Part shown: piece after piece, positions 62,410 to 64,000 of the stretch
Layout: each line of letters opens with the position of its first letter
Numbering within the stretch: position 1 is the stretch's first letter
Source: Phoronis australis
Taxonomy: Eukaryota; Animalia; Phoronida
Direction: 5' to 3'
Assembly (NCBI GenBank): GCA_002633005.1
Contig: NMRA01000387.1
Location: 173,017 to 237,016 of the forward strand
Length of the DNA: 64,000 nt
Notes under the pieces: generated by a model
The model's input: the letters and a program-made list of their open reading frames with translations, nothing else
Told to the model about the DNA's origin: nothing
The model's database searches: none
Position numbers and translations under genes: made by a program

Positions 62410-64000
62410 GTAGGTGAGCCACGCTGTAGTGGGCAGCGAGACTTGTGGTTAAACCCCTTATTGAAAAAGTATTTAATGGGTGAAATCCAAATTGTTAGGC
62501 ATTTCAAGAAAGCATAGTTGGTTCTGATCTGTGTTCGACTGTGCAACTCATTTTGTGTCCTGTGCTCATCGACAAGAAATGAAAATGTCCGCCCGCATTA
62601 TTTCTTGTCAAGATCTCGTGTTTTTGTCAAGGTCTTGTGTTTTTTTGAAGCTCCAGTCAAGCACATAAGCAAAGGCAACCAAGATTTGATTTGAAACTTG
62701 GCACAATTTGCTAAGCGATGAGTAAAAGAAAAGGAAATCTGTTCTTGACCCAAGAAGATTTCTTTTTTGAAAAAATGAACAGTAACTGAAAACAAATACT
62801 GCACGTCCATTTTCAAAACCAACTATGCTAATACAAAGCCTCTGATATGAGCCTTTGTATTGCCAAATTCAATTCATTCTGGATGTTATGTGTTATTCAT
62901 ATCACACTGTAACATCCCAACTAACAAATTGTAATTTGATATCCAGTTACAATCCAAGAAAACCTTGGCATATGTGCGACCTTTCAACTACGTTGCATGG
63001 TGCGTAACTGAAATGCAATGATGATGGAAGTCAATCACCATTGTGAGCTATGATCCCTACTATGCTAAAGTTCTCTGATAGAACACACCATTGGAACATT
63101 CAGTATAAATTTAACTTGTTTGATTTTGACATTGGCTTACAAAAACCAGTCCAGCTCTGACTTGCCTGGTATCTCTAGTCTAGGGAAGTTTGATAATCAC
63201 ACAAAATTTCTTAGGAATCAAATTAATTCCAGCACTAATATTTATGTATTACATTTAAAGCAATTGTCTGATACAACGTGTCCTTATTTTGAGAACCAGT
63301 TTGATGCCTGTTATTCAGTGGAGAAAGCTGGTTCAGGCACGTTATATCAGGCCATTACCACATTTAAAGCTGCCTTTTGAAAATGAAAAAGGAGAATTTG
63401 GCTTATACTCTCATAAAATCGGTCTCATAATACTGGTTGTAAACAGCACTAGAATTGTATCATGTTAAGGGATGTTCCCAGACCGATTTTATGAGTCTGA
63501 GTAAAAAGCCATTCAATTTTTGGAACAGTGTGAAAAATGTCATGAATAAAATCTACTCTGTTATTCTAATTAAAACATTTTGAATTATCAGTGGCTATGG
63601 AATGAGTTATCCAAAGTGTTTAATGTTTTCCTTGTCCCCTCAGGTGTTAGTTATATTAGTTAGCTTCATAGCTTCACAGTTTCTCTATTGTACTTAAACA
63701 CTTCAGACAGGGTGGCAAAGTGCATAGGACTCCTTTGCATATTTCTGTGCTTGGCTTCCTATCGTCCAGGGTAACTTTATTATAATGATTCTGCTAATCA
63801 ATGTTCAATTTGAAGTTGCATCCATAAACAGCCTGCACAGATGTATTACATTCCAGGTACATAAGTTTTGGATTAAGGGGAGCATTTCTGCTGCACTCTT
63901 TTTTTCCGTTGGGCGCATTTAATTATAAAGCTCGATCATGTTATCAGCCAGCATAACATGTTTGTATTAAGTGTTTCTATTTGTCTAGACACTATTCTGC

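Overview
AT-rich animal genomic DNA, probably a lophotrochozoan or other marine invertebrate (not provable from sequence alone), from a draft assembly with one 413-nt gap and single-N joins. Most of the window (427-53177, + strand) is the central and 3' part of a multi-exon JIP3/JIP4 gene (MAPK8IP3/SPAG9 co-ortholog; Sunday driver/UNC-16). I traced it exon by exon with matching splice phases through LZII, RH2 and the WD40-like C-terminal domain to its stop. A ~3 kb 3' UTR follows, then a CpG-rich promoter-like region and the large first coding exon of adenylate cyclase 9 (60993-62409). Most notable: (1) an intronless, same-strand gene nested in a JIP3 intron (98 aa, 21986-22282) with its own TATA box and a dense TGACA/TGTCA plus TAATCC motif cluster; (2) a run of phase-1 microexons (33, 27 and 18 nt, plus one possibly cut by the gap) before the GMGKEV exon, the 18-nt VSDSFF matching vertebrate VRDDFF; (3) candidate alternative terminal exons, one truncating the protein right after RH2; (4) two apparent tandem duplications that are probably uncollapsed haplotypes, one exposing a transposon insertion polymorphism. 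Introns hold many MITEs, long palindromes and minisatellites. No CRISPR or prokaryotic features.
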